This document shows, piece after piece, positions 10,417-19,769 of a DNA stretch of 64,000 nucleotides. Each line of letters starts with the position of its first letter. Within the stretch, counting starts at the first letter, position 1. The position numbers were made by a program, and so were the translations under genes. The notes beneath the pieces are model-generated. The model was not told the DNA's origin. It worked only from the letters and a program-made list of their open reading frames with translations, and searched no databases. The stretch spans positions 1 through 64,000 of the forward strand of contig CAWAWS010000004.1 in NCBI GenBank assembly GCA_963785725.1. Reading direction: 5' to 3'. Source of the stretch: an uncultured delta proteobacterium (GTDB taxonomy: Bacteria; Myxococcota_A; Polyangia; Palsa-1104).

Positions 10417-13097
10417 AGCCGCCGGACGACGATGCTGCGCCGCCGCCGGACGCGGCCGCCGCTCACCCGCGCGCGCCGGCAGCTGCCGCCGATGCTGGCT
10501 CGGGCGTGCCGGAGCAGGCGGCCGAAGCCGGCGCCGGCGCGCTCGACGACGCCGAAGCGCGCCCGTCCGCGGCCGCCGATGCGGCCGAAGCCCGCCCGCG
10601 CGTGCCGGAGCTCGCCGCCGGCGTGCGCCTCGGCCGTCGCTACGTCATCGAGCGGCTGCTCGGCGAAGGCGGCATGGGCGACGTCTACCTCGCGCTCGAC
10701 GAGGCCCTCGGCACCCAAGTCGCCCTCAAGCTCTTGCGCGGCGCCGGCCCCGACGCCATCCGCGACGAAGTCCGCCTCGCCCAGCTCGTCACCCATCCCA
10801 ACGTCTGCCGCACCTTCGACCTCGAGGAGGTCGACGGCCGCTGGCTCGTCAAGATGGAGTTCGTCCGCGGCGAAACCCTCGGCCAACGCCTGGCCGACGG
10901 CCGCCGCCTCGACATCGAGGACGCGCTCGACATCGCCCGCGGCATCGTCGCCGGCCTCGGCGCCGCGCACGCCACCGGCATCGTCCACCGCGACCTGAAG
11001 CCGCAAAACATCATGCTCGAGCGCGACACGGGTCGCGTCGTCCTCATGGACTTCGGGCTCGCCCGCGGCGGCGGCGGCGGCGCGGCCACGCCCGCCGGCA
11101 CGCCCGAATACATGGCGCCCGAGCAAGCGCTGGGCGTGCCCATCGACGTGCGCGCCAATCAATACGCGCTCGGCTGCGTCCTCTATCGCATGCTCGTCGG
11201 CGATACGCCTTTCCACGCGTCCTCGCAGCAGTCGGTGTTGTCGCTGCAGCTGCGCGCGCCGCCGCCCGATCCGCGCCGTCTGCGCGCCGAGCTGCCGCCG
11301 TGGCTGTCGGCGCTCGTCCTCAAGCTGCTCGACAAAGATCCGGCGCACCGCTTCGCCGACATTCGCGAAGTGGCCGAAGTGCTACTCCTGCCAACCGAGC
11401 GCCGGCGGCGCCGCGTGGCTGCGACGGTGGGCGCGCTGGCGCTGGCGGTGGCCGGCGGCGCCGCGCTGTCGCAGCGGCTGCACGCGCCCGTCGAGTGGCG
11501 CGCGCGCGTCGTCGAGCAGCAGCCGGCGTACGAGGAGAACTCCGACGCCGTCGCCATCTCGCCCGACGGCACGCGCATCGCGTTCCCGTCCGATCGCGAC
11601 GGCGACTGGCGCATCTACGTCGGCGCGTTCGCGGGCGGGCCCTCGCGCCCGGTCACCGCCGCCGGCCCCGGCCGCCAAAACTATCCGCGCTGGACCCGCG
11701 ACGGCCGCTCGCTCTTCTTCCGCAACCGCGTCCGCGGCGTCTACGTCGTCGAGCGCGTCGACCTCGCCGACAACAGCGTGCGCGAGGAAGAGGCCGGCGC
11801 CACCGACGTCGACGACTGCGGTGGCCGCTACGTCTTTACGATGTTCGCCGCGCCCGACTGCGCCGACTGCGGCCAGCTCATCGTGCGCAACCCCGACGGC
11901 TCGGGCGCGCGCGAGCTGTTCCGCACGATGCCCGGCCAACGCGTCCGCTGGCCGCGCTGTGACGCCGCCGGCCGCCGCGTCGTCTTCGGCGTCAGCCGGC
12001 GCACCGCGACCCTGCAGAATCGCGGCGCCTTGTGGATGGTGCCCATCGCCGGCGGCGAAGCGCGCGCGCTCGTCGACGACGGCATGCAGAACGAGTATCC
12101 GAGCTTTCATCCCGACGGCCGCAGCATCTTGTTCTCGTCGGTGCGCGACGGCGCCGCCAACATCTGGGAGCTGACGCTCGACGACCCCGACCGCGGCGCG
12201 CGCCAGGTGACGACGGGCGGCGTCGACTTCGCGCCCGCCGTCACGCCCGACGGCAAGATCCTCACCTACAACGCCGACACCACGTCCTTGCCGCTGTTCG
12301 AATATGACGTCGCCGGCCACAAGCGGCAGCTCTCGCACACGCTCGCCGACTTCGAGTGGCCGGTCGCCGCGCCCGACGGCAAGGAGCTCGTGGCCGACGC
12401 GCGCAGCCACGGCCACAGCGACCTGCGCGCCATCTCGCTCGTCGACGGCGAGGAGCGCGCGCTCGGCGGCGGCGAGCGGCCGGCCTTCGCGCGCGACGGC
12501 CGCACGCTCTATTTCGCCGTGCCCGAGCATGGTCGGTCGCGCGTGTTGGCGATCGATTGGCCGTCGACGCAGCACGAGCGACCGCTGGCGCGTCTCCCCG
12601 GTCTCGTCGATCGCCTCGTCATGGGCGGCGACGGCGCGCTGCATTTGGCGGTGGCCGGCGACAACGATCTGGCCGCCTGGCGACTGCCGCTCGATGGTCC
12701 GCCCGAGCGTGAAGCGCCGGCGCCGTACACGTTGATCGTGCCCGCGCCGGTCGGCGGCTGGCGCTTCGCGCAGCGCAAGACGAGCCCGTTCCCCGAGATC
12801 GAGCTGTGGCCGCCGGGCGCGGTGGTCGCGGCCACGCCGGCAGGGCAGTCGCCGCCGCGGCGCGTGCGCATGGCGGGCGCGGTGTGGCAGCCGGACGGTC
12901 GCGCCGTCATCGGCTGGGACGGCACGCACGTCATCCGCGCTTCGTTGGACGGCAAGATCGAGCCGGTGCGCGAGAGCTACGACTTCGCCGGCCTCGCCGT
13001 CGCCCCCGACGGCGGCAAGATCTACGGCTGCGAGCTCGTCGGCCACGTCCGCCGCATGCTCGTCCCCAACTTCGGCGACCGCCCACGGCCGCACTGA
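10413..13097 (+). CDS. Membrane Ser/Thr protein kinase with C-terminal PD40/TolB-like beta-propeller
   Basis: GEGGMG, VALK, HRDLKPQN, DFG, GTPEYMAPE; TM segment; SPDGTRIAF and PDG repeats. Confidence 0.93.
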   Translation: MKPPDDDAAPPPDAAAAHPRAPAAAADAGSGVPEQAAEAGAGALDDAEARPSAAADAAEARPRVPELAAGVRLGRRYVIERLLGEGGMGDVYLALDEALGTQVALKLLRGAGPDAIRDEVRLAQLVTHPNVCRTFDLEEVDGRWLVKMEFVRGETLGQRLADGRRLDIEDALDIARGIVAGLGAAHATGIVHRDLKPQNIMLERDTGRVVLMDFGLARGGGGGAATPAGTPEYMAPEQALGVPIDVRANQYALGCVLYRMLVGDTPFHASSQQSVLSLQLRAPPPDPRRLRAELPPWLSALVLKLLDKDPAHRFADIREVAEVLLLPTERRRRRVAATVGALALAVAGGAALSQRLHAPVEWRARVVEQQPAYEENSDAVAISPDGTRIAFPSDRDGDWRIYVGAFAGGPSRPVTAAGPGRQNYPRWTRDGRSLFFRNRVRGVYVVERVDLADNSVREEEAGATDVDDCGGRYVFTMFAAPDCADCGQLIVRNPDGSGARELFRTMPGQRVRWPRCDAAGRRVVFGVSRRTATLQNRGALWMVPIAGGEARALVDDGMQNEYPSFHPDGRSILFSSVRDGAANIWELTLDDPDRGARQVTTGGVDFAPAVTPDGKILTYNADTTSLPLFEYDVAGHKRQLSHTLADFEWPVAAPDGKELVADARSHGHSDLRAISLVDGEERALGGGERPAFARDGRTLYFAVPEHGRSRVLAIDWPSTQHERPLARLPGLVDRLVMGGDGALHLAVAGDNDLAAWRLPLDGPPEREAPAPYTLIVPAPVGGWRFAQRKTSPFPEIELWPPGAVVAATPAGQSPPRRVRMAGAVWQPDGRAVIGWDGTHVIRASLDGKIEPVRESYDFAGLAVAPDGGKIYGCELVGHVRRMLVPNFGDRPRPH

Positions 13098-13110
13098 AGG
13101 TCGAAGTCGC

Positions 13111-13189
13111 GACAAGCAACTTCTCGGCGGCACACGCGATAACTGGGAGGGCGGATGGGGGAAATCCATCGAGCCCACCATCCGGAATC
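13111..13189 (-). repeat. Dispersed, diverged copy of the 57.8-kb repeat unit between convergent genes
   Basis: Reverse complement GATTCCGGATGGTGGGCTCGATGGATTTCCCCCATCCGCCCTCCCAGTTATCG...GAAGTTGCTTGTC aligns with the 129-bp unit. Confidence 0.75.
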
Positions 13190-13214
13190 GATCGTCGTGA
13201 CCGCCGATCGGCGT

Positions 13215-13910
13215 TCAGCCCGCCGGCGGCTTGCCCCACCAGCGCCCGTCGCGCAGCACGAAGCGCGACGGCGGACGCGCCGCCGCATGGCCCGCCGGCA
13301 CGGCCCGACCTTCGCCCGGCAGCGCCGGATACTCGGGATCCCACGGCAGCACGATCGCCATCGTGTCGTCGACGGCCACGAGCTTCGGCAAGATCGGCAG
13401 CACCTGCCGGCCGCGCGCCCACGCCAACGCCGCCGCCACCGTGGCGTGCGCCGTCAGATCCTCGAGCGTGCGAATCGTCGGCGGCGGCAGCTTGAGCTCG
13501 CCGCGATCGTAGCGCGCCAAGACGTCGGCCGGCGTCGCCCACAACGAATCCACCGTCTCGACGCTGTCATGCTGCGCCAGCTGACCCGCCGGCGCCGGCG
13601 CGATGTAGAAGCGCGCGTCGAACCGCTTGCCCTCCGCCGACGGCGTAATCCAATGCGCGAACGGCACCAACAGCGCCGGGTCGATCGTAATCGCCGCCTC
13701 TTCACGCAGCTCGCGCGCCGCCGCGACGGCAAAGCCGGCATCGCCGGCGCCGTCCTCGGGCTCGACGCGACCGCCGGGAAAGACGTAGGCGTCGGCCATG
13801 AACGACGAGCCGCGATGGCGACGCACCATCAGCACCTCCGGCCCGCCGTCGCTGTCTCGCAAGAGCACGACCGTCGCCGCCGGCCGCGGCGCGACCGCCG
13901 CGCCGCTCAC
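13215..13910 (-). CDS. NUDIX hydrolase (Nudt19-like)
   Basis: PRPAATVVLLR, VFPGGRVEPED..AAARELREEA, HWITP, RFDARFY. Confidence 0.9.
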   Translation of the reverse strand: MSGAAVAPRPAATVVLLRDSDGGPEVLMVRRHRGSSFMADAYVFPGGRVEPEDGAGDAGFAVAAARELREEAAITIDPALLVPFAHWITPSAEGKRFDARFYIAPAPAGQLAQHDSVETVDSLWATPADVLARYDRGELKLPPPTIRTLEDLTAHATVAAALAWARGRQVLPILPKLVAVDDTMAIVLPWDPEYPALPGEGRAVPAGHAAARPPSRFVLRDGRWWGKPPAG

Positions 13911-14317
13911 GACGCGAACCGCCCGAAAAATGCGCGCAGATCATCGGGCAGCCGCTCCGACCGGAAGCTGTCGAGATTCACGCACGCACAGGTGATCTCC
14001 GCCTGACACGCGCGCTGCCCGTCGCGATGGCGATAGCCGACATAACGAATCTTCGCCGAGTGCTCGCCGATGTGCGGCACCGTCAGCTCGATGTCGAGCG
14101 CGTCGCCGTAACGCAGCGGCAGCTTGAAGTCGGTGTCGATGTGCACCGTCGGAAAGCCGAGCCGCCGCTCGTTCAGCTGCACGTGATAGGGAAAGCCGTT
14201 CTCGTTGAAGAAGTCCTCGAACGCCTCGTGAAAATAGATGAAGAAGCGCGGGTAGTAGACGATGCCGGCGTGGTCCACGTCGCCGAAGCGCACCGGAACC
14301 TGCGTGCGAAACGGCAT
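13907..14317 (-). CDS. Acyl-CoA thioesterase (4HBT/YbgC family)
   Basis: VRFGDVDHAGIVYYPRFF, FKLPLRYGD; start overlaps the upstream stop. Confidence 0.92.
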   Translation of the reverse strand: MPFRTQVPVRFGDVDHAGIVYYPRFFIYFHEAFEDFFNENGFPYHVQLNERRLGFPTVHIDTDFKLPLRYGDALDIELTVPHIGEHSAKIRYVGYRHRDGQRACQAEITCACVNLDSFRSERLPDDLRAFFGRFAS

Positions 14318-14829
14318 CAGCCGGCCAAGGTCTTGGACAAACGCGTGCGCCGCACCTTCTCGAAGCCCTTCTTGTAGTAGAGCCGCTCGGCCGCTTCCAG
14401 GTTGTGACCCTCGATGGCGACTTCGAGATCGAGCGCGCGCAGGCCGCGGCCCGACGACCACTCGAGCGCCGTCGACAACAGGCGCTCGCCCAGCCCTTTT
14501 TGGCGGTAGTCGTCGCGCACGTAGAGCTCCTCGATCCAGCCCACTTCGCCGGCGTGCTCGAGCGAGATGAGGACGGTCATGAGGATGACGCCGACCATCT
14601 TGCCGTGCTGATAGCCGGGCAAACCCTCGTGAAACGCGCCGACGACGAGCACGCGATCGGAGTCTTCGAGCGCCGCTTGCACGATCGGGCGCAAGCGATC
14701 GGCGTCGAGGTCGCGGCCGTAGGCGCGCTGCTGCTGCACGAGCAGCTCGGTGGCGGCGCGCAGGTCGACGCCGGTGACGCGGCGAACGACGAATTGCGGC
14801 GACTGACTCACTTCGGTCTCGCTGGCCAT
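14317..14829 (-). CDS. GNAT N-acetyltransferase
   Basis: WIEELYVRDDYRQKGLG, AERLYYKKGF. Confidence 0.9.
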   Translation of the reverse strand: MASETEVSQSPQFVVRRVTGVDLRAATELLVQQQRAYGRDLDADRLRPIVQAALEDSDRVLVVGAFHEGLPGYQHGKMVGVILMTVLISLEHAGEVGWIEELYVRDDYRQKGLGERLLSTALEWSSGRGLRALDLEVAIEGHNLEAAERLYYKKGFEKVRRTRLSKTLAG

Positions 14830-14924
14830 GGCGTTCCTTGTAGCAGATGCAGCCGGGCAGGCGCCAGCGCGGCTCGTCGCCACGGCCGTAGTCGCGGCGG
14901 CGTCGCGCGTGATACAATCGACGC

Positions 14925-15296
14925 GTGCCGCCATCGTCACCGACCCCGCCGCCCTTCAGTGTCACGCGCAAGCACGAACGCTTCGAGATGTACGCGTCGG
15001 TCGAAGTGAAGGCGTCGAGCGAGACGATGATTCTGCCGGCGCTCAACATCTCGCTCGGCGGCGTCTACTTGGCTGCCGACGGCCACGACCTGACCGGCCT
15101 TACGCCCGGCTCGCGCCTCGACGTGCAGGTGTTCGACGCGCTCGACGAGACCAAGCATCCGGTGCGCCTCGACGCGCAGGTGGTTCGCTTCGACGACCAA
15201 GGCATCGCGCTGCGCTGGCTGACGGTCGACGCGCTGGAGGCGTCCGAGCTGTCGCGCCTCATGGACACGCTCAAGCCCAAAGCCGACAAGAAGTAG
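14925..15296 (+). CDS. Stand-alone PilZ-domain protein
   Basis: RKHER (RxxxR) and NISLGG (NxSxGG) motifs, AQVVR, GIALRW. Confidence 0.85.
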   Translation: MPPSSPTPPPFSVTRKHERFEMYASVEVKASSETMILPALNISLGGVYLAADGHDLTGLTPGSRLDVQVFDALDETKHPVRLDAQVVRFDDQGIALRWLTVDALEASELSRLMDTLKPKADKK

Positions 15297-15404
15297 CTGC
15301 TCCGACCGCGCGGATGCACGCCGGAAAAATGTTGCCGATCCGGGCTGACGCTTCGGTCGTAATGGCTGAGGCGGCGGTGGCGGGCCGGTCGCGGGGGGAA
15401 CGAA

Positions 15405-15983
15405 TCAGCAGCTGGTGGCGAGCGACTCGCAAGTCGCGGTCGGCTGGTACGTGCATCCGGTTCCGCCACCGTCGTCACTTGCGCAGTGGGCGGCGCAGTC
15501 GTAGGTCGTGCCGTTGGCCGTGCACGACTGCTGGCAGACGTCGTTCGTGCTGCGGTTGCAGACGCCGATGGCCGAGCCGAAGTCGTAGGCGACGCAAGCC
15601 GTCCCGCTGTAATGCAGCTCGATGATCGTGTGCCCGTCGGCGCCGCAGACCGTGCCCACCGCATGATTGCTGGCGCTGGCGCAGCCGAGGCAGCTCGTGC
15701 TCGTGCATGTCAGCTCGGTGCCGCTGCACTTGTAGACGCCGTTCCACAAGCAGGGATCGCCCTCTTTGGACGGCTTGCCGTCGAAGTTGACCCACTGCGA
15801 GCAGCCGCCGCAGACGCTGTTGAGGCAGGTCATGTCGGACGCGGGCGTCGCCAACGAGATGCCCAGGTCGAGGTCGACGCGCGCGTCGGGCGCCGGCGGC
15901 ACGACGAAGTCCTTGGCCGTCGACTTATTACAGCCGCACAGCGCGAGCGTCACGAGCGTCAGAATGCGGAGCTGAGGGCGCAT
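15405..15983 (-). CDS. Cys-rich lipoprotein, unknown function
   Basis: Lipobox ALCGC; many Cys throughout the mature part. Confidence 0.75.
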   Translation of the reverse strand: MRPQLRILTLVTLALCGCNKSTAKDFVVPPAPDARVDLDLGISLATPASDMTCLNSVCGGCSQWVNFDGKPSKEGDPCLWNGVYKCSGTELTCTSTSCLGCASASNHAVGTVCGADGHTIIELHYSGTACVAYDFGSAIGVCNRSTNDVCQQSCTANGTTYDCAAHCASDDGGGTGCTYQPTATCESLATSC

Positions 15984-16088
15984 CGCGGCATTATAGACGC
16001 GGCAAACGCCGCGCGCGCCGTGATTTTGCGCGTGGTTGCGCGTGCCTTCAGCCGCAAAAATGGGTCAGAAAACCGGCGGGCAGCGAGG

Positions 16089-17555
16089 CTAGGCGATTTT
16101 GCGGACCTTCTCGAACGGGAAGCGCAGGATCGTCTTCTGCTGCTCGTCGAACGCGGTGTCGAGCATGACCGCCGCGTTCGCGCCGCCGCCGGCGCCTTCG
16201 CGCGTCGTCTCGGCCACCGGCCCGATGAGCGCCTCGACCAGCTTGTCCGTCGGCCCACGCTGGAACATGTGCGGCTGCTCGACGAACTTGACGCCCACCG
16301 ACTCCATCCACTTCACGGGCGCGTCGCCGCCGATGCACACGAACACATGATCGTTGGCGACCGTCTCCTGCGTCTCGCCCGCCTTCAGCGTAATGACGTC
16401 GGGCTTGATCTCCGAGACCGTCGTCCCGAAGCGCAACACGACGCGCCCGGCTTTGACGACCTCGTCGAGCTTCTGCCGGTTCTTGGCCTTGCAACGCGAC
16501 AGCGCTTTGCCGCGATACGACAACACGACGCGCTGCGCGGTCTCCGAGAGCGCCACCGCCGCTTCGACGGCCGAGTCACCGCCGCCGACGACGAGCACGC
16601 GCTGCCCGCGATGATCGGCCGGATCGCTCAACAGCGCCGTCACCTTCGGCAGATGCTCGCCGGTGACGCCGAGCTTGCGGGGCTTACCGCGGGTGCCGAT
16701 GGCGAGCACGACGCGCTGCGCCGAATAGACCTGCTTGTTCGTCTTGACGCTGAACCAGCCGCGCGTGTCGCGCTGCACGTCCTCGACGGTCTCGCGCATC
16801 GAGACATGCACCCGATGCTTGTCGAGGATCGTGCGCCAGGCGGCGATGAGCTCGTCCTTCTTGCAGTCGAACACCGGTAGGAGGCCGACGCCGCGGACGT
16901 CGTACGGCTCGGCCATGCAGTCTTTGCCTTTGGGCCAGCGGGCGATCGTCGCCGCGATCAGCTCGTCCTTCTCGATGACGGCGTAGGAGTAGCCGCGCTG
17001 CACGCACGACAGCGCCGCCGACAGGCCGCCCGGGCCCGAGCCGATGATGAGCACGTCGACCTGCCCGTTGCCGGCGCCGTTGGCGCGCATCCCCGACTTG
17101 TGCATGTGCTCGACGACGGCGCGCCCGAGGTTGGACGCGTTCTTCACCAGCGGCTTGCCCGAGGCCTCGCCGATCAAATAGAGCCCTTCGGCCGCCTGGT
17201 AATATTCGTCGAGCTGCGGCATGCGAATCGGCGGCGCCTTCGTGCCTTCGTAATGCATGACGAGCGCCGTGGTCGGGCAGGCGCTGACGCACTGCTCGCA
17301 CTGGATGCAGTCGTTGAAGCGCGCGACCTTGGACTTGTTGTTGTTGAGCTCGAGGACGTCGGTCGGGCAGACCGAGACGCAGGCGTCGCAGCCGGTGCAG
17401 CGATCGTCGTTGATGCTGTGGATGAGGAGCTTGCGCTTGGCGTTGTCGAGGCGCTTCTGCTGCCGGCGACGTACGAGCGCGGACGCGGCGGCCGAGATCA
17501 TGACGCAGACGAGGCAAACGCCGACCAGCGACCCGAACACCAGAAGGGCGACCAT
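16089..17555 (-). CDS. Membrane-anchored 2x[4Fe-4S] ferredoxin fused to FAD/NAD(P)H oxidoreductase (TrxB/YpdA-like)
   Basis: CTGCDACVSVCP and CIQCEQCVSACP; GSGPGG; VVGGGDSAVEAA. Confidence 0.88.
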   Translation of the reverse strand: MVALLVFGSLVGVCLVCVMISAAASALVRRRQQKRLDNAKRKLLIHSINDDRCTGCDACVSVCPTDVLELNNNKSKVARFNDCIQCEQCVSACPTTALVMHYEGTKAPPIRMPQLDEYYQAAEGLYLIGEASGKPLVKNASNLGRAVVEHMHKSGMRANGAGNGQVDVLIIGSGPGGLSAALSCVQRGYSYAVIEKDELIAATIARWPKGKDCMAEPYDVRGVGLLPVFDCKKDELIAAWRTILDKHRVHVSMRETVEDVQRDTRGWFSVKTNKQVYSAQRVVLAIGTRGKPRKLGVTGEHLPKVTALLSDPADHRGQRVLVVGGGDSAVEAAVALSETAQRVVLSYRGKALSRCKAKNRQKLDEVVKAGRVVLRFGTTVSEIKPDVITLKAGETQETVANDHVFVCIGGDAPVKWMESVGVKFVEQPHMFQRGPTDKLVEALIGPVAETTREGAGGGANAAVMLDTAFDEQQKTILRFPFEKVRKIA

Positions 17556-17732
17556 GCCGGCAAGGCATTACAAGAGCAATGCCGCGATTGGACGTACGGA
17601 TTTCGCGTAGTTGGATGTGCGCTGCTGGTGACTCGATCCCCGAACGGGCGGGACTGACCCCGGGGTTACTTGTGTGCAACCGGCGCCAAAGGGCACGGTA
17701 CGATTGCGGAGGCGAGGTTGCAGCGCGTCATT

Positions 17733-18443
17733 TCACGACCGCCGCGGCAGCGTCCGCAGCGACCGCCGAATCCGCCACAGCTCGCCGAGCGACTGCGCGA
17801 TGTTGCGTGCGTTCGCCACCTTCGACTGCCCGCTCAGGCGCGGCGCGCACTCGATCTCCGTCGAGGCCACGCGCTTGCCGAGCCGGCGCATCTTGACCGC
17901 GATCTCGAAGCCGATCGATCCCGCCGAGCGATCGGACACGAGGTCGAGCTCGTCGAGGAGCGCGCGCCGAAAGAGGTACACGCCTTCGAGCCGATCGCGC
18001 AGCCCCGTCGTCGCCCACAGTAAGATGCGCAGCCCGCGCGACATCACCAAGCGCGCCAAGCCATCGGGCCGGCTGCGATAGGTCGAGAGCACGAGATCGT
18101 CGCCGTTCCAGACGTCCAATATCTTGCCCAGCTCGTCGGGCGGGATCTGGCCGTCGGCGGGAATCCAGGTGACGAGCTCGTTGGCCGCGCCGAAGAAGCC
18201 GCTGCGCAAGGCGGCCGTCAGCCCGCGATTGCGCTCGTGGCGAATGACGCGCAGCTCGGGCGCGGCGGCGGCCGCGAGCACGTCGGGCGTGCCGTCGGAC
18301 GAGCCGTCGTCGATGACGAGCAGCTCGAACGCGCGGCAGGCGCGCCGGCCGAACGCCAGCGCATCCGCGAGCACGCGCGGCAGATTGTCGCGCTCGTTGT
18401 AAGCGGGAATGACGATCGTCAGCGAGGGCGCGAAGGGCAGCAT
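17733..18443 (-). CDS. Glycosyltransferase family 2 (polyprenol-phosphate/DPM-synthase-like)
   Basis: IVIPAYNE, DDGSSDGT, PADGQ, PRLSGQSK. Confidence 0.88.
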   Translation of the reverse strand: MLPFAPSLTIVIPAYNERDNLPRVLADALAFGRRACRAFELLVIDDGSSDGTPDVLAAAAAPELRVIRHERNRGLTAALRSGFFGAANELVTWIPADGQIPPDELGKILDVWNGDDLVLSTYRSRPDGLARLVMSRGLRILLWATTGLRDRLEGVYLFRRALLDELDLVSDRSAGSIGFEIAVKMRRLGKRVASTEIECAPRLSGQSKVANARNIAQSLGELWRIRRSLRTLPRRS

Positions 18444-18596
18444 AGGCTCGGCGCCTTCATCGTACCGCGAGCCGCCCGACAGCGGCGTAAATACTATGGC
18501 ACCATAGGTTTCGGACCTACGTTGCACGCGCGAAACGCCGCGATGGCAGGACAGCTCTTGCCGGACCGCTGTCGGGCTCTGCTAAGATGCGCGGCC

Positions 18597-19580
18597 ATGA
18601 ATATTCCGCCCGACCTCGAAGATCCCAACGCTGCTCCCGGCGCGCCGCCTTCGCTCGATGGCAACGACTTTGCGCTCAAAAAGCAGGGCTCGAAGACGCC
18701 GATGATCGTCGTGGGCGTCATCGTCGTCGGGGCGCTCGGCTTCTTCGTCGTGCGCAGCATGCAGACGCAGAAGATGCGCGAGCTGCACGCCGGCGTCATC
18801 AAGCAGTTCGCCGACATCGAGAAGGACGAGGTCACCGGGAAGTTCTGGGCCTGCCTCTTCGGCAACGGCGTCGATCCGGCGATGTTCCCCAACAACTTGG
18901 CGCTGTCGCAGCGGCTCGACGGCGCGTTCGCGCAAGATCCCAAGAATTTCCCGGCGCGCGTCCGCGAGGAGTGCACGCCCAAAGCGATCGACGCCAAGCA
19001 CAAGATCGAAGACATCAAGGCGCCGGTCGAGTACGACGCGCCGCTCAAAGCGTACGCCACCAGCCTCGACGGGCTGGCGCAGGCGTTCGACGCGTGGGCC
19101 AAGGTCGCGCCGTCGCACGTCGCCGAGAAGATGGTCGGGCAAAAGGTCGAAGCCGACGCCGCCGCGTGGCACGCCTTTCAGGGCGGCAAGCCCGAGCAGG
19201 GCGTCATCGAATACGATCGCTTCCTGCACTGCGCGGTGCCCGGCATCGACAAGATGAAGGACGGTCAGGCGCTGGTGGAGTTCCTGTTCGCGCAGTGCAA
19301 AGATCCGAAGTATCTCGATCGACTGCAGAACGAGTGCGGCAAAGAGGTCAACACCGAAGGCTCGGGCATTCCGCCGGCGCCGACGCCCGGCTTCAAGGGC
19401 GTCATCGCCAAGATGCAGGCCGACGATCGCGAGCAGTCGGCCTTCGACGACTGCCTGCGCAAGAGCCGCAAGCTCAAGCGCTCCGACGACAGCGGCGACG
19501 TCGGCCGCGCCTGGGTGACGTACATGGACGCCGGCCACAAAGTCCGCGAAGTCGCCAAAGAGGCGCTCTCCGAGAAGTAG
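18597..19580 (+). CDS. Hypothetical membrane-anchored periplasmic protein
   Basis: One TM helix (MIVVGVIVVGALGFFVV) then a helical domain with several Cys; strong GC3 codon bias. Confidence 0.75.
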   Translation: MNIPPDLEDPNAAPGAPPSLDGNDFALKKQGSKTPMIVVGVIVVGALGFFVVRSMQTQKMRELHAGVIKQFADIEKDEVTGKFWACLFGNGVDPAMFPNNLALSQRLDGAFAQDPKNFPARVREECTPKAIDAKHKIEDIKAPVEYDAPLKAYATSLDGLAQAFDAWAKVAPSHVAEKMVGQKVEADAAAWHAFQGGKPEQGVIEYDRFLHCAVPGIDKMKDGQALVEFLFAQCKDPKYLDRLQNECGKEVNTEGSGIPPAPTPGFKGVIAKMQADDREQSAFDDCLRKSRKLKRSDDSGDVGRAWVTYMDAGHKVREVAKEALSEK

Positions 19581-19769
19581 CCGCGCCCGCCGCTTCGTCC
19601 CGCTCGTCACCGCTCACCGCCGCCGATTCTCCCACAGCCGACCCACGGCACGCTTCGTCGTGTTCGTAAATACGACTAATTACGCATGGTTGGTAATTTA
19701 CGGTTTCTTGGTCGGAAATAGGAGTTAATTCGCTTGACCGACGGGCGGCGCGCAATAACACTTGGCGGC

